64,000 bases of DNA from Candidatus Tenderia sp. (GTDB taxonomy: Bacteria > Pseudomonadota > Gammaproteobacteria > Tenderiales > Tenderiaceae), in assembly GCA_031416075.1 (NCBI GenBank), contig JANOSY010000092.1, positions 1-64,000 of the forward strand. Reading direction: 5' to 3'. The notes under the pieces were generated by a model. That model saw nothing but the letters and a program-made list of their open reading frames with translations, did no database searches and was not told where the DNA came from. The position numbers and the translations under genes are program-made. Of the stretch, positions 19,440 to 29,851 are shown in pieces; the stretch's first letter is position 1, and the number at the start of each line of letters is the position of its first letter.

Positions 19440-20408
19440 TCATACCCCACCCAGCATCACAATCAACTGCGCCTTGTTACTGATATTCAATTTTTTGTAG
19501 ATATTTTTGAAATGGGATCGAACGGTCTCTGGCGAGATTTTCAAGACCTGACTGATTTGTCGATAATCTTTCCCTTGCGCCATTAGGTGGGCGATATCCG
19601 TTTCCCGCTTTGACAGCGCATCGACAGGCAAGCGCGCTCGTGCCTTTAGAAAGAGCAGTCCGGCGCTCTGGCGACACTGGATCACTAGCGTTCTTCCGGC
19701 GTAGCGACCCGAGCCACCCAAGCTGGCTATCAGATCAGTAGGCAAACGGTCTGTTGCCGAGCTTCGAAACTCCTCGCGTAGCAGCCCCATAAATCCACTC
19801 TCGGCATGGTAGAGCATGCCCCGCTTATCGGCGATGGCAAGCTGGAAACGGCGTTGGCTGCCATTGAGATGTTTCAGATGAATCAGGCGATTGATCGACA
19901 GCGATTCTATCAGATGCGGCAACAGCATCCGCATTAGATGTTGGTCTCTCTCGCTGTAATCTTTGTCAGCATTTGCCCGAAACAGGGTAACAAAATTCGT
20001 AAAGCCATTGTCCGGATTGAAATCGGCGCTCAATAGCATGTTTCCGATATTGTGATTTTTCAGAAAATGACGAGCTTCGAGAGACTTTTTTTTGTCACTA
20101 TACACGGTGGGCATGTGAAAGCGATAAATGCCGCCTCCTTGAGCCAGCACCGTAGGGGGGGCAATATCCTGATCTTTTACCTCCTCATATCCAGTGAGAA
20201 ACTCAGGCGAGACATCATGCAACTGAACGGCATTGACAGATAGATCGTAACCAGCAACATCGCCTACCAAACAACCACTCCCCCACCATCCAGAATCAAA
20301 GGCGAGCAGGGGTTTGATCAACTCCAACGCCGCCTGCTGAAACTCCTCCACAGGCAGTTCGCTCGATGCGCGATAGAGTGCCAGCACCAGATCATTGGCT
20401 GTCGCCAT
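19440..20408 (-). CDS. LuxR-type HTH transcriptional regulator
   Basis: C-terminal LSKRETDIAHLMAQG...ISPETVRSHFKNIYKKL. The N-terminus is a putative sensor domain. Start at ATG 20408. Confidence 0.85.
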   Translation of the reverse strand: MATANDLVLALYRASSELPVEEFQQAALELIKPLLAFDSGWWGSGCLVGDVAGYDLSVNAVQLHDVSPEFLTGYEEVKDQDIAPPTVLAQGGGIYRFHMPTVYSDKKKSLEARHFLKNHNIGNMLLSADFNPDNGFTNFVTLFRANADKDYSERDQHLMRMLLPHLIESLSINRLIHLKHLNGSQRRFQLAIADKRGMLYHAESGFMGLLREEFRSSATDRLPTDLIASLGGSGRYAGRTLVIQCRQSAGLLFLKARARLPVDALSKRETDIAHLMAQGKDYRQISQVLKISPETVRSHFKNIYKKLNISNKAQLIVMLGGV

Positions 20409-20518
20409 TTTTTCTCCAAGAGTCACCGTTAAATCCCCCCCTGATGATTTCCAAAGCATTTTTTTATAGGAGTATGGCCACGGATATTTTCAAAATCAAC
20501 GTGCATATTCACAAAGTC

Positions 20519-20768
20519 AAATACCCCCGACAGAGCCGGGGGCTTGATCCAGCGCCTCAAAGGCGCTCAAGAGCTGAGATGTCTTCATGCTTTCAGCTAC
20601 CGTCAGAATGAAAAAGAAGAGCACCGCTCCCCCAAATAGTTTGTGTTTATTATGAGAACCCCCCCTTGAAAGGTGACTCAAAACTTCATTACATCGGCGT
20701 GCTAAAAAATCACGACCGCCGCATAGGTCAAACCTTTGTGAGTCCCCCGGCAGAGCCGGGGGTTTACC
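20519..20768. mobile_element. Non-autonomous IS200/IS605-family remnant (both end hairpins, no tnpA)
   Basis: CCCCCGACAGAGCCGGGGG (20524-20542) and CCCCCGGCAGAGCCGGGGG (20744-20762) are in direct orientation only about 200 bp apart, too close to enclose a TnpA gene. Confidence 0.65.
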
Positions 20769-20883
20769 TCACTTAATTACCCCATCTGCGGGATGCCCAA
20801 GTAGATTTTGAGGGGGTAGTATTGTGATACGGACCTATACCAAGCAACGGGCCGCTCCAGAGACCCATGTAGAGAAAAAACAG

Positions 20884-22377
20884 ATGCACTACAACAAAAA
20901 ATTTTTAGCCACCCTCGTAGTTTTGGCACTGACGGGTTGTGGTGGTGGGAACGATCCAACACCAAGCGTTAGTCCAACGCCAACCACCAATACCCAAACC
21001 GGTATCTTCACCGATAGCGCCGTGGCGGGGTTACACTATGTCTCCAAGAACGCGAGCGGTACCACTACCCGCTCTGGAACCACCAATGCCAGTGGTGAAT
21101 ATCGCTATGAATCTGGCGATAGCGTCACCTTCTCTATCGGCGGTATTACCTTTCCGCCTGTCACCGCCAAGTCCAGAGTGACCCCCTTGGACGTAGCGGG
21201 CACAGACGATATTCACAATACTGCCGTCGTCAACATCGCGCGTCTGTTACAGACACTTGATTCCGACGGCGATCCTAGCAATGGTATTAAGATTGGGGAT
21301 GCGGCGCACACCGCCGCTACAGGTATGAGTGACTTGAATTTCGCTGGCACCACATTCGACACGGCGGTCACCAACCTTGTCGCTAATTCGGGCTCCAAAA
21401 ACACAGCGCTTGTCGATGCCGATAGCGCCATCAAGCATTTTACCGAGTCAACCTTTGGTATTAAGGGTGGTATTCCCAGTAAATTTAGCGTGGAGTGGTT
21501 GAGCGGGAGAACGTTGTACCTTGTTTGGTTCGGCACACCAGATGAAAGTGGCAACCCCAATCAAACCGCGTTAGCTCGGGTGACCAAAATGGAATATGGC
21601 GATAATAATACAGTGACGGTCACGGGGCTCCTAAACATCATAGCAAATCATGAGGCTATACCGTATAGCGTAGTAGACGGAGTGCATGCCAATGATGGTA
21701 CTTGGCGTGACACCATTTGTGACAGCTCGTCGAAATATGTAAAAGCGCGCGTCACTGAAAATGCTGATTTTGTACTCACCGAATTATTTTTCTTCAATGA
21801 AGCCAACGCGATGGCTTATGCCGCCACGCTCACAAAACCTATTGAACCGTGCAAAGATAGACCCAGCCCTTCGCCCACTACACCCAGCCCTTCGACGCCT
21901 ATCGATCTAGAGGTTGACGTCGAAATCGTTGGTCAGTCCAAGATAGTTGGGTCGCCCATCAAAATGACATTTAGCAGCTGCGGGGGCGCCTGCACAGAGA
22001 CAGCCGATCTGTTCTGTACACCGCCATACGAAGTGGGGGAGCGGGAATCATTCGTTGGTCGGCTTGCTCTCAATTCGCTATCGGGTACGGCAACACTATC
22101 GGATACGGCAACACTTGATCAAGCTTCGGGCACTTATGACTCCAAAACGCAGTCAGTGCTACTTACCGAGGTGATCCCCAAAGAAGAGGTCACTCCTGCA
22201 AACTCAAGCGTTCGATATTTTTCGGAAGGCACACTACGGATAGAAGCGAATGTCGATTTGGCCACCAAGGTTGTTACAGGAATGGTTTACGATACCGTCG
22301 CCACATCCTGGGAACTCGATTCTCGAAAGGTTGAATGTTCATCGATAGCGACCTTCATATCCAAACCAAAAAAATAA
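20884..22377 (+). CDS. Putative outer-membrane lipoprotein
   Basis: Lipobox LTGC followed by GGG, Pro/Thr linkers and a conserved-looking N-domain (DSAVAGLHY...NIARLLQTLDSDGDPSNGI). Confidence 0.8.
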   Translation: MHYNKKFLATLVVLALTGCGGGNDPTPSVSPTPTTNTQTGIFTDSAVAGLHYVSKNASGTTTRSGTTNASGEYRYESGDSVTFSIGGITFPPVTAKSRVTPLDVAGTDDIHNTAVVNIARLLQTLDSDGDPSNGIKIGDAAHTAATGMSDLNFAGTTFDTAVTNLVANSGSKNTALVDADSAIKHFTESTFGIKGGIPSKFSVEWLSGRTLYLVWFGTPDESGNPNQTALARVTKMEYGDNNTVTVTGLLNIIANHEAIPYSVVDGVHANDGTWRDTICDSSSKYVKARVTENADFVLTELFFFNEANAMAYAATLTKPIEPCKDRPSPSPTTPSPSTPIDLEVDVEIVGQSKIVGSPIKMTFSSCGGACTETADLFCTPPYEVGERESFVGRLALNSLSGTATLSDTATLDQASGTYDSKTQSVLLTEVIPKEEVTPANSSVRYFSEGTLRIEANVDLATKVVTGMVYDTVATSWELDSRKVECSSIATFISKPKK

Positions 22378-22465
22378 GCGAAATTCGAAGACACCATAAC
22401 TCTATATTCGATCAGGCCTTTGGCGACACAGAGGTTGCTGCGGTCATAAGCAAACAGGGGGTGCC

Positions 22466-22568
22466 AAAGCGTTTTCTGAAGGTCGCCAGGGTGTCGTGAT
22501 CCAGATGAAGGGTGCAAGCGACATACCGGAATATCCACGCTGCCTTTCAATGCTCGCCGCTGAACAAT
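22466..22568 (-). pseudogene. Degenerate IS1182-family transposase fragment
   Basis: The minus-strand frame reads FRYVACTLHLDHDTLATFRKRF, resembling the IS1182 N-terminal motif FR.ia....PDHdTiatFRkRF. An in-frame stop lies just upstream. Confidence 0.55.
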
Positions 22569-22685
22569 AATCGGGGCATTCAGCAAACTCTGTTTATGTT
22601 TTTTGGCAAAGCCAAAGATACGAGTTTGCTTTTTTATTACAACCCCTTATAGCAAACCGTCAACTGGCCCTGGGGAATGAGATAA

Positions 22686-23429
<744 letters not shown>

Positions 23430-23620
23430 AAACATCAGGTCAACGATTCACACCATACTGTGCAGAAGGAGGTGCCTCCTTAAGTATCAAAAAGACGCTG
23501 TTGCCGTACAGATGACTCCCATAATAGAGTCCCGTTAAGATCAGCACCAACAACCAGATTCTCAGCACAAAAACCTCTCACATCCCAGCAACTAGCGCGC
23601 TACCATCACCCGATATCTCC

Positions 23621-24439
23621 TCAGATAAACTTGGGGCGGTGCGTGCGACTGGTTAGGTGGGCGGAGTTAAACGACGACAGTGCATCACCACCAATCAGCT
23701 GCCACAGATCCGCCCGGGTGCGTCTGATATTCTCCAGATTACCGGCGGTGATCACTGCGGGCACACGCAAACCATGATAATCCACGGTCTCTCCCAAGGT
23801 GGAAAACTGAATACCAAAACGGCCAAGAAAACGGAGCAGCGTTGACTCCATCACGGCATAGCAGTAGTAGATTCCATGGGTCGCGCACATACGGATAAAG
23901 GCTGCAATCAACCCAAGTGTAATGTGTGGTAACAGACGGCGGTCAAAATTTGGATGGACCTCGCGCCCATCTCCACTCACGCCATAAATCAGCCCCTCTT
24001 CAACAAGGCGGCGGCGGAACACTTTGGAGACAGAAAAACGGGAGATTTCGCCAACTTGGCTACGCGGTGCAGCGGCCAGCTGTGGGTGCGTTTTTGCCAG
24101 ATCCAACTGACAGTGGCGCTCCATGGGTAAGGAGGCATACGCCCCGCCACACTCCGGCAATATCAACCGCACTACACCGACGTAGATTCCGCTGTCGCGG
24201 TGGCAGATCAGACTGTGCACTGAGCGCCGGTCATACTCATCATACTCACGCCCATCTGGATAGGCCGCCGCATCCTCGTAACCTTTCTCTTCACAATAGA
24301 CCTGATAACGCAGCTTATACGCCTCATCGATCAACATCGGCGTATTGGCACTGACAATCTCAAAGTTCTGTAAAAAAGGGGTGTTAATGTTCTGCGTTGG
24401 ACCATTCTGGGCAGTGCTCATAACAGATAGATTATGCAT
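23621..24439 (-). CDS. PEP-CTERM/exosortase-associated acyltransferase (N-acyl amino acid synthase-like GNAT)
   Basis: AYKLRYQVYCEE, DEYDRRSVHSLI, GVVRLI, EISRFSV and VDYHGLRVP. Confidence 0.8.
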   Translation of the reverse strand: MHNLSVMSTAQNGPTQNINTPFLQNFEIVSANTPMLIDEAYKLRYQVYCEEKGYEDAAAYPDGREYDEYDRRSVHSLICHRDSGIYVGVVRLILPECGGAYASLPMERHCQLDLAKTHPQLAAAPRSQVGEISRFSVSKVFRRRLVEEGLIYGVSGDGREVHPNFDRRLLPHITLGLIAAFIRMCATHGIYYCYAVMESTLLRFLGRFGIQFSTLGETVDYHGLRVPAVITAGNLENIRRTRADLWQLIGGDALSSFNSAHLTSRTHRPKFI

Positions 24440-24498
24440 GCAACAACCCTCTGGTTAGGTATGAATTATCAGTCAAACAGGTGTGTGTATCGACCATC

Positions 24499-24651
24499 TC
24501 AATTCAACCCACGGCTGTGTGTGGTGTAACTCAGAGGCAAAAACCCCGTTTCAGATGCCGAGACAAACTCGCGGACTGTACTACAAAAGATATGAACCAC
24601 CAGACACGCGCCAGTAAACCAGATTGCCAATAAAAAAGTCGTCAACACCAT
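24499..24651 (-). CDS. Putative 50-aa single-pass membrane protein
   Basis: MVLTTFLLAIWFTGACLVVHIFCSTVREF.... AGGGG lies upstream. It sits between the sigma-54 promoter and the acyltransferase. Confidence 0.4.
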   Translation of the reverse strand: MVLTTFLLAIWFTGACLVVHIFCSTVREFVSASETGFLPLSYTTHSRGLN

Positions 24652-24743
24652 TGAGTTCAGTCCCCTACTGTTGGATCTGCATTGTGAGATAGGTTCCTTA
24701 TCGGATTGGAAACAGCACACCGATTATCACACGAAACCGGTAA

Positions 24744-24760
24744 AGCAATTTCCGAGCCAA
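24744..24760 (-). promoter_or_regulatory. Sigma-54 promoter
   Basis: Minus strand TTGGCTCGGAAATTGCT (GG-N10-GC). A near-consensus IHF site, TTTCAATGTGTTA, lies at 24779-24791. Confidence 0.75.
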
Positions 24761-24843
24761 CAATGAATCCACAATTGTTTTCAATGTGTTAGAAAAAAAC
24801 GACCCGCAACCACCGCAAAAAACAGCCTCAACCTGGCTCAATA

Positions 24844-24929
24844 TGTCGCCAATTGGCAACAACATAAAAGAGCCATATCGGGTAAGCCACTGTCCCGGCA
24901 ACAAAAAATCATGTCTCCATATGGAGACA
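24844..24929. promoter_or_regulatory. Two GlrR-type binding sites (TGTC-N10-GACA)
   Basis: Perfect palindrome TGTCTCCATATGGAGACA (24912-24929) and TGTCGCCAATTGGCAACA (24844-24861). Confidence 0.72.
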
Positions 24930-24933
24930 TCAA

Positions 24934-26280
24934 TCACTGTTTGAATAGTGCGGGTGCCAGATGGTGCCTGTTCAACAATTTATAAAACTCTGTACGATTG
25001 CGATGGGCCAACCGCGCTGCCTGAGTCACATTGCCATTGGTGATCCGCAATATCTGGGTCAGATAGTCACGCTCAAACTGCTGCCGCGCCTCAGCAAAGG
25101 GGACAATCTCAAGCACCTGACTTTTTAAACCACGCTGTACCAATTGAGCCGGAATAATCGAGCTGGTGGCCAATACCAATGTCTGCTCCACTACGTTATA
25201 GAGCTGGCGTACATTGCCGGGCCAAGGGGCCGCAAGCAGTAGCTCCATCGCATCAGGCGCAAAACCTTTGACTGTTTTTTTGCCACCACGCTGGAGCTTA
25301 TCGAGGAAATGGCTGGCCAGGAGGGGAATGTCTTCGCGGTGTTGAGCCAATGTGGGCATCTCCAGTGCCACCACATTCAGGCGGTAATAGAGATCCTCGC
25401 GGAACTCCTCCTCTTTAACCGCCTCTTCCAAATTGCGATGGGTGGCTGAGATCACCCGTACATCAACGGCAATTGACTCAACCGAACCCACCGGGCGCAC
25501 TTGGCGCTCCTGCAATACACGCAGTAGCTTCGACTGAAATGCAGGGGGCATATCGCCCACTTCATCCAGAAACAGTGTGCCGCCGTGGGCCGCCTGAAAC
25601 AGCCCTTTGTGATCCTGCATGGCACCGGTGAACGCCCCTTTACGGTGACCAAACAGCTCTGACTCCAGCAACGGCTCGGGAATGGCGCTGCAATTAATCG
25701 CAATAAAGGGCGCTTTGCTGCGTGGGCTGGCGTTATGGATCGCACGCGCCAGCAACTCTTTACCAGTACCACTATCACCATAAATAAAAACGCTGGCATC
25801 ACTGACTGCCACCAGACGTGCCTGGCTCAACAGCTCTTCCATAACAGGGCTGCGTGTCACGATCTCCTGCCGCCACTCGCCCTGCCCTCCCCGCGCAGCG
25901 ACATCGGGCGCACCACTCAGCGCCACCGCCTGCGCCACCAGCGCCAGCAACTCTTTACTATTAAAGGGTTTGGTCAGAAATCCAAAAACTCCACGGTTTG
26001 TGGCAGCTACCGCATCGGGAATGGTGCCATGGGCGGTCAACATGATCACCGGCAGGGCTGGATGGCGTGCCTGAATAGCCCCAAACAGCGCAAGCCCGTC
26101 CATACCACCCATTCGCAGATCAGTCACTACCACCTGTGGCCGCGACACCGGCAGCTGCGCCAGCGCCTCTTCGGCACTGGAGGCGCAGACCGCTTTGTAA
26201 CCCGCTGCATCCAGTCGCATAGAGAGCAACCGCAGCAGACCAGGATCGTCATCAACCAACATTACCTTAGGAGGGTTCAT
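24934..26280 (-). CDS. glrR: Sigma-54-dependent response regulator GlrR (QseF/YfhA)
   Basis: Receiver domain, GDSGTGKE, GAFTGA and the family-typical C-terminus RNRTEFYKLLNRH. Confidence 0.9.
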   Translation of the reverse strand: MNPPKVMLVDDDPGLLRLLSMRLDAAGYKAVCASSAEEALAQLPVSRPQVVVTDLRMGGMDGLALFGAIQARHPALPVIMLTAHGTIPDAVAATNRGVFGFLTKPFNSKELLALVAQAVALSGAPDVAARGGQGEWRQEIVTRSPVMEELLSQARLVAVSDASVFIYGDSGTGKELLARAIHNASPRSKAPFIAINCSAIPEPLLESELFGHRKGAFTGAMQDHKGLFQAAHGGTLFLDEVGDMPPAFQSKLLRVLQERQVRPVGSVESIAVDVRVISATHRNLEEAVKEEEFREDLYYRLNVVALEMPTLAQHREDIPLLASHFLDKLQRGGKKTVKGFAPDAMELLLAAPWPGNVRQLYNVVEQTLVLATSSIIPAQLVQRGLKSQVLEIVPFAEARQQFERDYLTQILRITNGNVTQAARLAHRNRTEFYKLLNRHHLAPALFKQ

Positions 26281-26345
26281 TATTGTGTCTCGTTATCATC
26301 ATGGCTAAGGGCGCGAGAACTCGGTACAGATCTCCCCCCGGTCGG

Positions 26346-26900
26346 TCACCGCTTTTGCAAACTCTTCTCAATAGACATAAGCGCCTCTAGCTTTTTTGCC
26401 AGGGCATCCGCACGATTACGCTCGTTTTCCAACTGCTTGCTAACGGTGCTCACTTTGGTCTCAGCTGTGCTCAGTTTAGCCTCAGCTGTGCTCAATTTAG
26501 CCTCCGCGCTACCAATCTGGACCTCTGCCTGCCCCTGATCTTTCAACACCCCCGCCAACATCTCAGCAAACAGTAGCTGCTCTGGCGTATGGTCATTGGG
26601 GTTTTTAGTAATCCCATCAAACAGCCGCAATGCACGTTTAACATCCACCGCCTTGCCTTTGCCAAAACCCAGGGCCAGCGCTAACCGCATACGGTTGATA
26701 CCGGCAGGAGATGCCGCATACAGCCGCTCACGTTCCCCCACCGCCAGCTCGGTCTGTGCCGCAGTCCAACCAGACACCTGTTTATACTCTTCCAACAGGG
26801 TACGCTGGGAGGAAGGGTGTAAGTTCATATTGGCACACCCGGCCAGCAGTGCCAAAGCCATCACTGCCCATAGGCGCAAAAACCGACCTGACATACTCAC
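26346..26900 (-). CDS. QseG/YfhG-like lipoprotein
   Basis: Lipobox LAGC and a coiled coil ending KLEALMSIEKSL. It lies between glrK and glrR. Confidence 0.75.
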   Translation of the reverse strand: MSMSGRFLRLWAVMALALLAGCANMNLHPSSQRTLLEEYKQVSGWTAAQTELAVGERERLYAASPAGINRMRLALALGFGKGKAVDVKRALRLFDGITKNPNDHTPEQLLFAEMLAGVLKDQGQAEVQIGSAEAKLSTAEAKLSTAETKVSTVSKQLENERNRADALAKKLEALMSIEKSLQKR

Positions 26901-28348
26901 GTCAACTCCTGCTGTAAAGGTAGGGTGACTCGCATGTGCGCCCCCACATCATCCTGAATGGCCGCAATGGTACCACCGTGTGCCTGCACATATTCACGGG
27001 CTATGGAGAGACCCAGCCCACTCCCCTTCACATGCCCCGTGTAAGGGGCACTCCCCTGATAGAACGGTTCAAAAATTCTGCTCCGCTGTGCCTCTGCAAT
27101 GCCCGACCCCTGATCAATCACATCCAGCTGTAACTGTTTAGCCTGGGCTGTTAGCACCACGTGAATGGTCCCTCCGGGCGGCGAGAACTTAATGGCGTTG
27201 GAGAGCAGGTTATCCACCACCCCCCTCAATTTGTCACAATCCCCCGTCAGGCCCACCTGCTCGAGCGCCAACTCAAAACGAATATGTCGTGCCATCACAA
27301 CAACCCGGGACTCCTCCACCAGGGCCGTCACCAATTCGTGCAGCTGCACAACCTCAAGATTGAGGATTAAACTGCCGCGCTGACTGATACTGTTAAATTT
27401 CAACAGATCCTCTATCAACCGCTGCAGCTGCACACCATTTAGACACAGCAGCTCTACAATCTCACGCTGCTGCGCCGTCAATGCCCCTGGTATCTCCTCA
27501 CGCAGCAACTCAGACCCTTCACGCAAGGTGGTCAACGGGGTTTTCAGCTCATGGGAGAGGTGACGCAAAAAACGCAACTTCTCCTCGTCTACTTCCAGCA
27601 AACGTCCGCGCATCCAGTCCAGCCGCTCCCCCAGCTGCTGTAAATCACGTGGCCCGCTCAGCGCCACCGGCTGGGTAAAATCGCCCGCCCCAAGGCGGCG
27701 GATTGCCTCATCCAACCGTTGCAATGGTCGGGTAATAATCACAACAAAAAAGATCAATAACAGCAGTGCCAGCGGTACCAGTGCCGACGCCTGTATTAAA
27801 AGGGTGTGTTGTGTCTGCTGTGCCGAGTCACGATTACCCTCCACTTCCGCATCAATCAGCGCCTGGCTCTGTTCCAGCACATTTTGAGCCTTGATGGAGA
27901 GCGACATAAACAGGTTTTGTGCAAAGTATTGCGATACCTTAACCTGCTGTTCCGCGTGCATATGGGCGTAAAACTCCGCCTCCTCCACCATCAGCTGCTC
28001 CAGCAGATGGCTTAACGGGTCGGGCAGTGGTAACTCGTCCAGCCACTTTAACGTCACCACATACTGCTGACGATTATCTTCATACGCCTGCAGCAGTCCA
28101 TCATCCATCAATACCTGATATTGACGCACATTACGCTCCATCTGGGTAATCTGCTCAATCAAAGCACGACTCCCCTGTATCGCCTTTACCGCATGGGTCA
28201 CCACCCGCTCACTCTGCTCCGCCAGTCGATCAACCGATACCACGGCGTAAAGTAGCGCCACCACTAGTGGCAAAACTGCCAGGGTGAAGCCAACCAGAAT
28301 CAGTTGAACAATGGAGTTAGGGCGAAAGTGTTTCACAACACATATCAA
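26897..28348 (-). CDS. glrK: Sensor histidine kinase GlrK (QseE/YfhK)
   Basis: Two TM helices, HAMP domain, SHELKTPL, NLLSNAIKF and GSGLGL. In an operon with glrR. Confidence 0.85.
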   Translation of the reverse strand: MICVVKHFRPNSIVQLILVGFTLAVLPLVVALLYAVVSVDRLAEQSERVVTHAVKAIQGSRALIEQITQMERNVRQYQVLMDDGLLQAYEDNRQQYVVTLKWLDELPLPDPLSHLLEQLMVEEAEFYAHMHAEQQVKVSQYFAQNLFMSLSIKAQNVLEQSQALIDAEVEGNRDSAQQTQHTLLIQASALVPLALLLLIFFVVIITRPLQRLDEAIRRLGAGDFTQPVALSGPRDLQQLGERLDWMRGRLLEVDEEKLRFLRHLSHELKTPLTTLREGSELLREEIPGALTAQQREIVELLCLNGVQLQRLIEDLLKFNSISQRGSLILNLEVVQLHELVTALVEESRVVVMARHIRFELALEQVGLTGDCDKLRGVVDNLLSNAIKFSPPGGTIHVVLTAQAKQLQLDVIDQGSGIAEAQRSRIFEPFYQGSAPYTGHVKGSGLGLSIAREYVQAHGGTIAAIQDDVGAHMRVTLPLQQELT

Positions 28349-28517
28349 ATAGCCTCAAGGGTCAGCAGCGGTGCCGCAGAATAGCGCTATTGGGCCACAA
28401 CCCCCTATGCCCTGCAAATATTTGTCGGACAGGAAAGGGGGGGCACAGAAACTTGGCGCTGCTGAACAGTCCGTTTTAGCGTAAAATCCCCCCCTTCTCA
28501 GATTCCAGGCTATTACC

Positions 28518-29837
28518 ATGAAGAACTCCATCCCCAAGGTTGGTTTTGTCAGCCTCGGCTGCCCCAAGGCGCTTGTTGACTCCGAACAGATCATCACCCA
28601 GCTGCGTGCCGAGGGGTATGAGATCTCCTCCACTTACAACGATGCTGACCTGGTGGTGATCAATACCTGTGGATTTATCGATGATGCCGTCACCGAATCG
28701 CTCGACGCCATCGGTGAGGCGCTGGCGGAGAATGGCAAGGTGATTGTCACCGGTTGCCTCGGTGCCAAGGGCAATGTGGTATTGGAGAACCATCCGCAGG
28801 TGCTGGCCGTCACTGGCCCACACGCCAAGGATGAGGTGATGCTGGCGGTGCGCAAACATCTGCCGCCGCAACATGACCCCTACATCAGCCTGATCCCACC
28901 ACAGGGGATAAAACTGACGCCCAACCACTACGCCTACCTGAAAATTTCCGAAGGGTGCAACCACCGCTGCACCTTCTGCATCATCCCCTCCATGCGGGGT
29001 GATCTGGTGAGTCGCCCGATCGGCGATGTGTTGCAAGAGGCGGAAAATCTGGTCAAGGCCGGCGTCAAAGAGCTGCTGGTGATCTCGCAGGACACCAGCG
29101 CCTACGGTATTGATGTGAAGTACCGCACCGGCTTCTGGAGTGGTCGCCCGGTGAAGACACGTATGACCGAACTGGCCCAGGCGCTAGGAGAGATGGGCAT
29201 ATGGGTACGGATGCACTACGTCTACCCCTACCCCCATGTCGATGAGATCATCCCGCTGATGGCCGAAGGCAAGATCCTGCCCTACCTCGACGTGCCGCTA
29301 CAGCACGCCAGCCCGAAGATCCTCAAGGCGATGAAACGCCCCGGCAATATCGAAGGGACGATGACACGCATCAAAAAATGGCGCGAGATCTGTCCCGACA
29401 TCACCCTGCGCAGCACCTTCATCGTCGGCTTCCCCGGCGAGACCGAGGATGATTTTGAACAGCTGCTCGAATTCATCGACGAGGCGCAGCTCGATCGCGT
29501 CGGCGCCTTTGCCTACTCACCCGTCGAAGGGGCCAGCGCCAATGCCCTTGCCGACCATGTATCGCCAGAGCTACAACAGGAACGCCTCGGCCGCTTTATG
29601 GAGCTACAGGCCGAGATCAGCGCTGCAAAACTGCAACAGAAGATTGGCCGCGAAGTAGAGATACTTATTGACGAAGCGGATGACGAAGGGGCCATCGGCC
29701 GCACCAAAGCGGATGCCCCCGAAATCGACGGCCGCGCCTATCTTGAAGGGGTAACTGATCTGAAGCAGGGCGATATCGTCCGCGCCAAGGTGATGGAATC
29801 GGGCGAACATGATCTTTGGTGTGAACTCATCAACTAA
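28518..29837 (+). CDS. rimO: Ribosomal protein S12 methylthiotransferase
   Basis: [22 protein letters not shown] and a C-terminal TRAM domain. Confidence 0.97.
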   Translation: MKNSIPKVGFVSLGCPKALVDSEQIITQLRAEGYEISSTYNDADLVVINTCGFIDDAVTESLDAIGEALAENGKVIVTGCLGAKGNVVLENHPQVLAVTGPHAKDEVMLAVRKHLPPQHDPYISLIPPQGIKLTPNHYAYLKISEGCNHRCTFCIIPSMRGDLVSRPIGDVLQEAENLVKAGVKELLVISQDTSAYGIDVKYRTGFWSGRPVKTRMTELAQALGEMGIWVRMHYVYPYPHVDEIIPLMAEGKILPYLDVPLQHASPKILKAMKRPGNIEGTMTRIKKWREICPDITLRSTFIVGFPGETEDDFEQLLEFIDEAQLDRVGAFAYSPVEGASANALADHVSPELQQERLGRFMELQAEISAAKLQQKIGREVEILIDEADDEGAIGRTKADAPEIDGRAYLEGVTDLKQGDIVRAKVMESGEHDLWCELIN

Positions 29838-29851
29838 CGACCCGCCTGACA

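Noticed and set aside
24440-24732. GlmY sRNA homolog
   Set aside because: I cannot recognise GlmY sequence or structure. An Rfam search would be needed, so it is kept only as an unspecified leader or small ORF.
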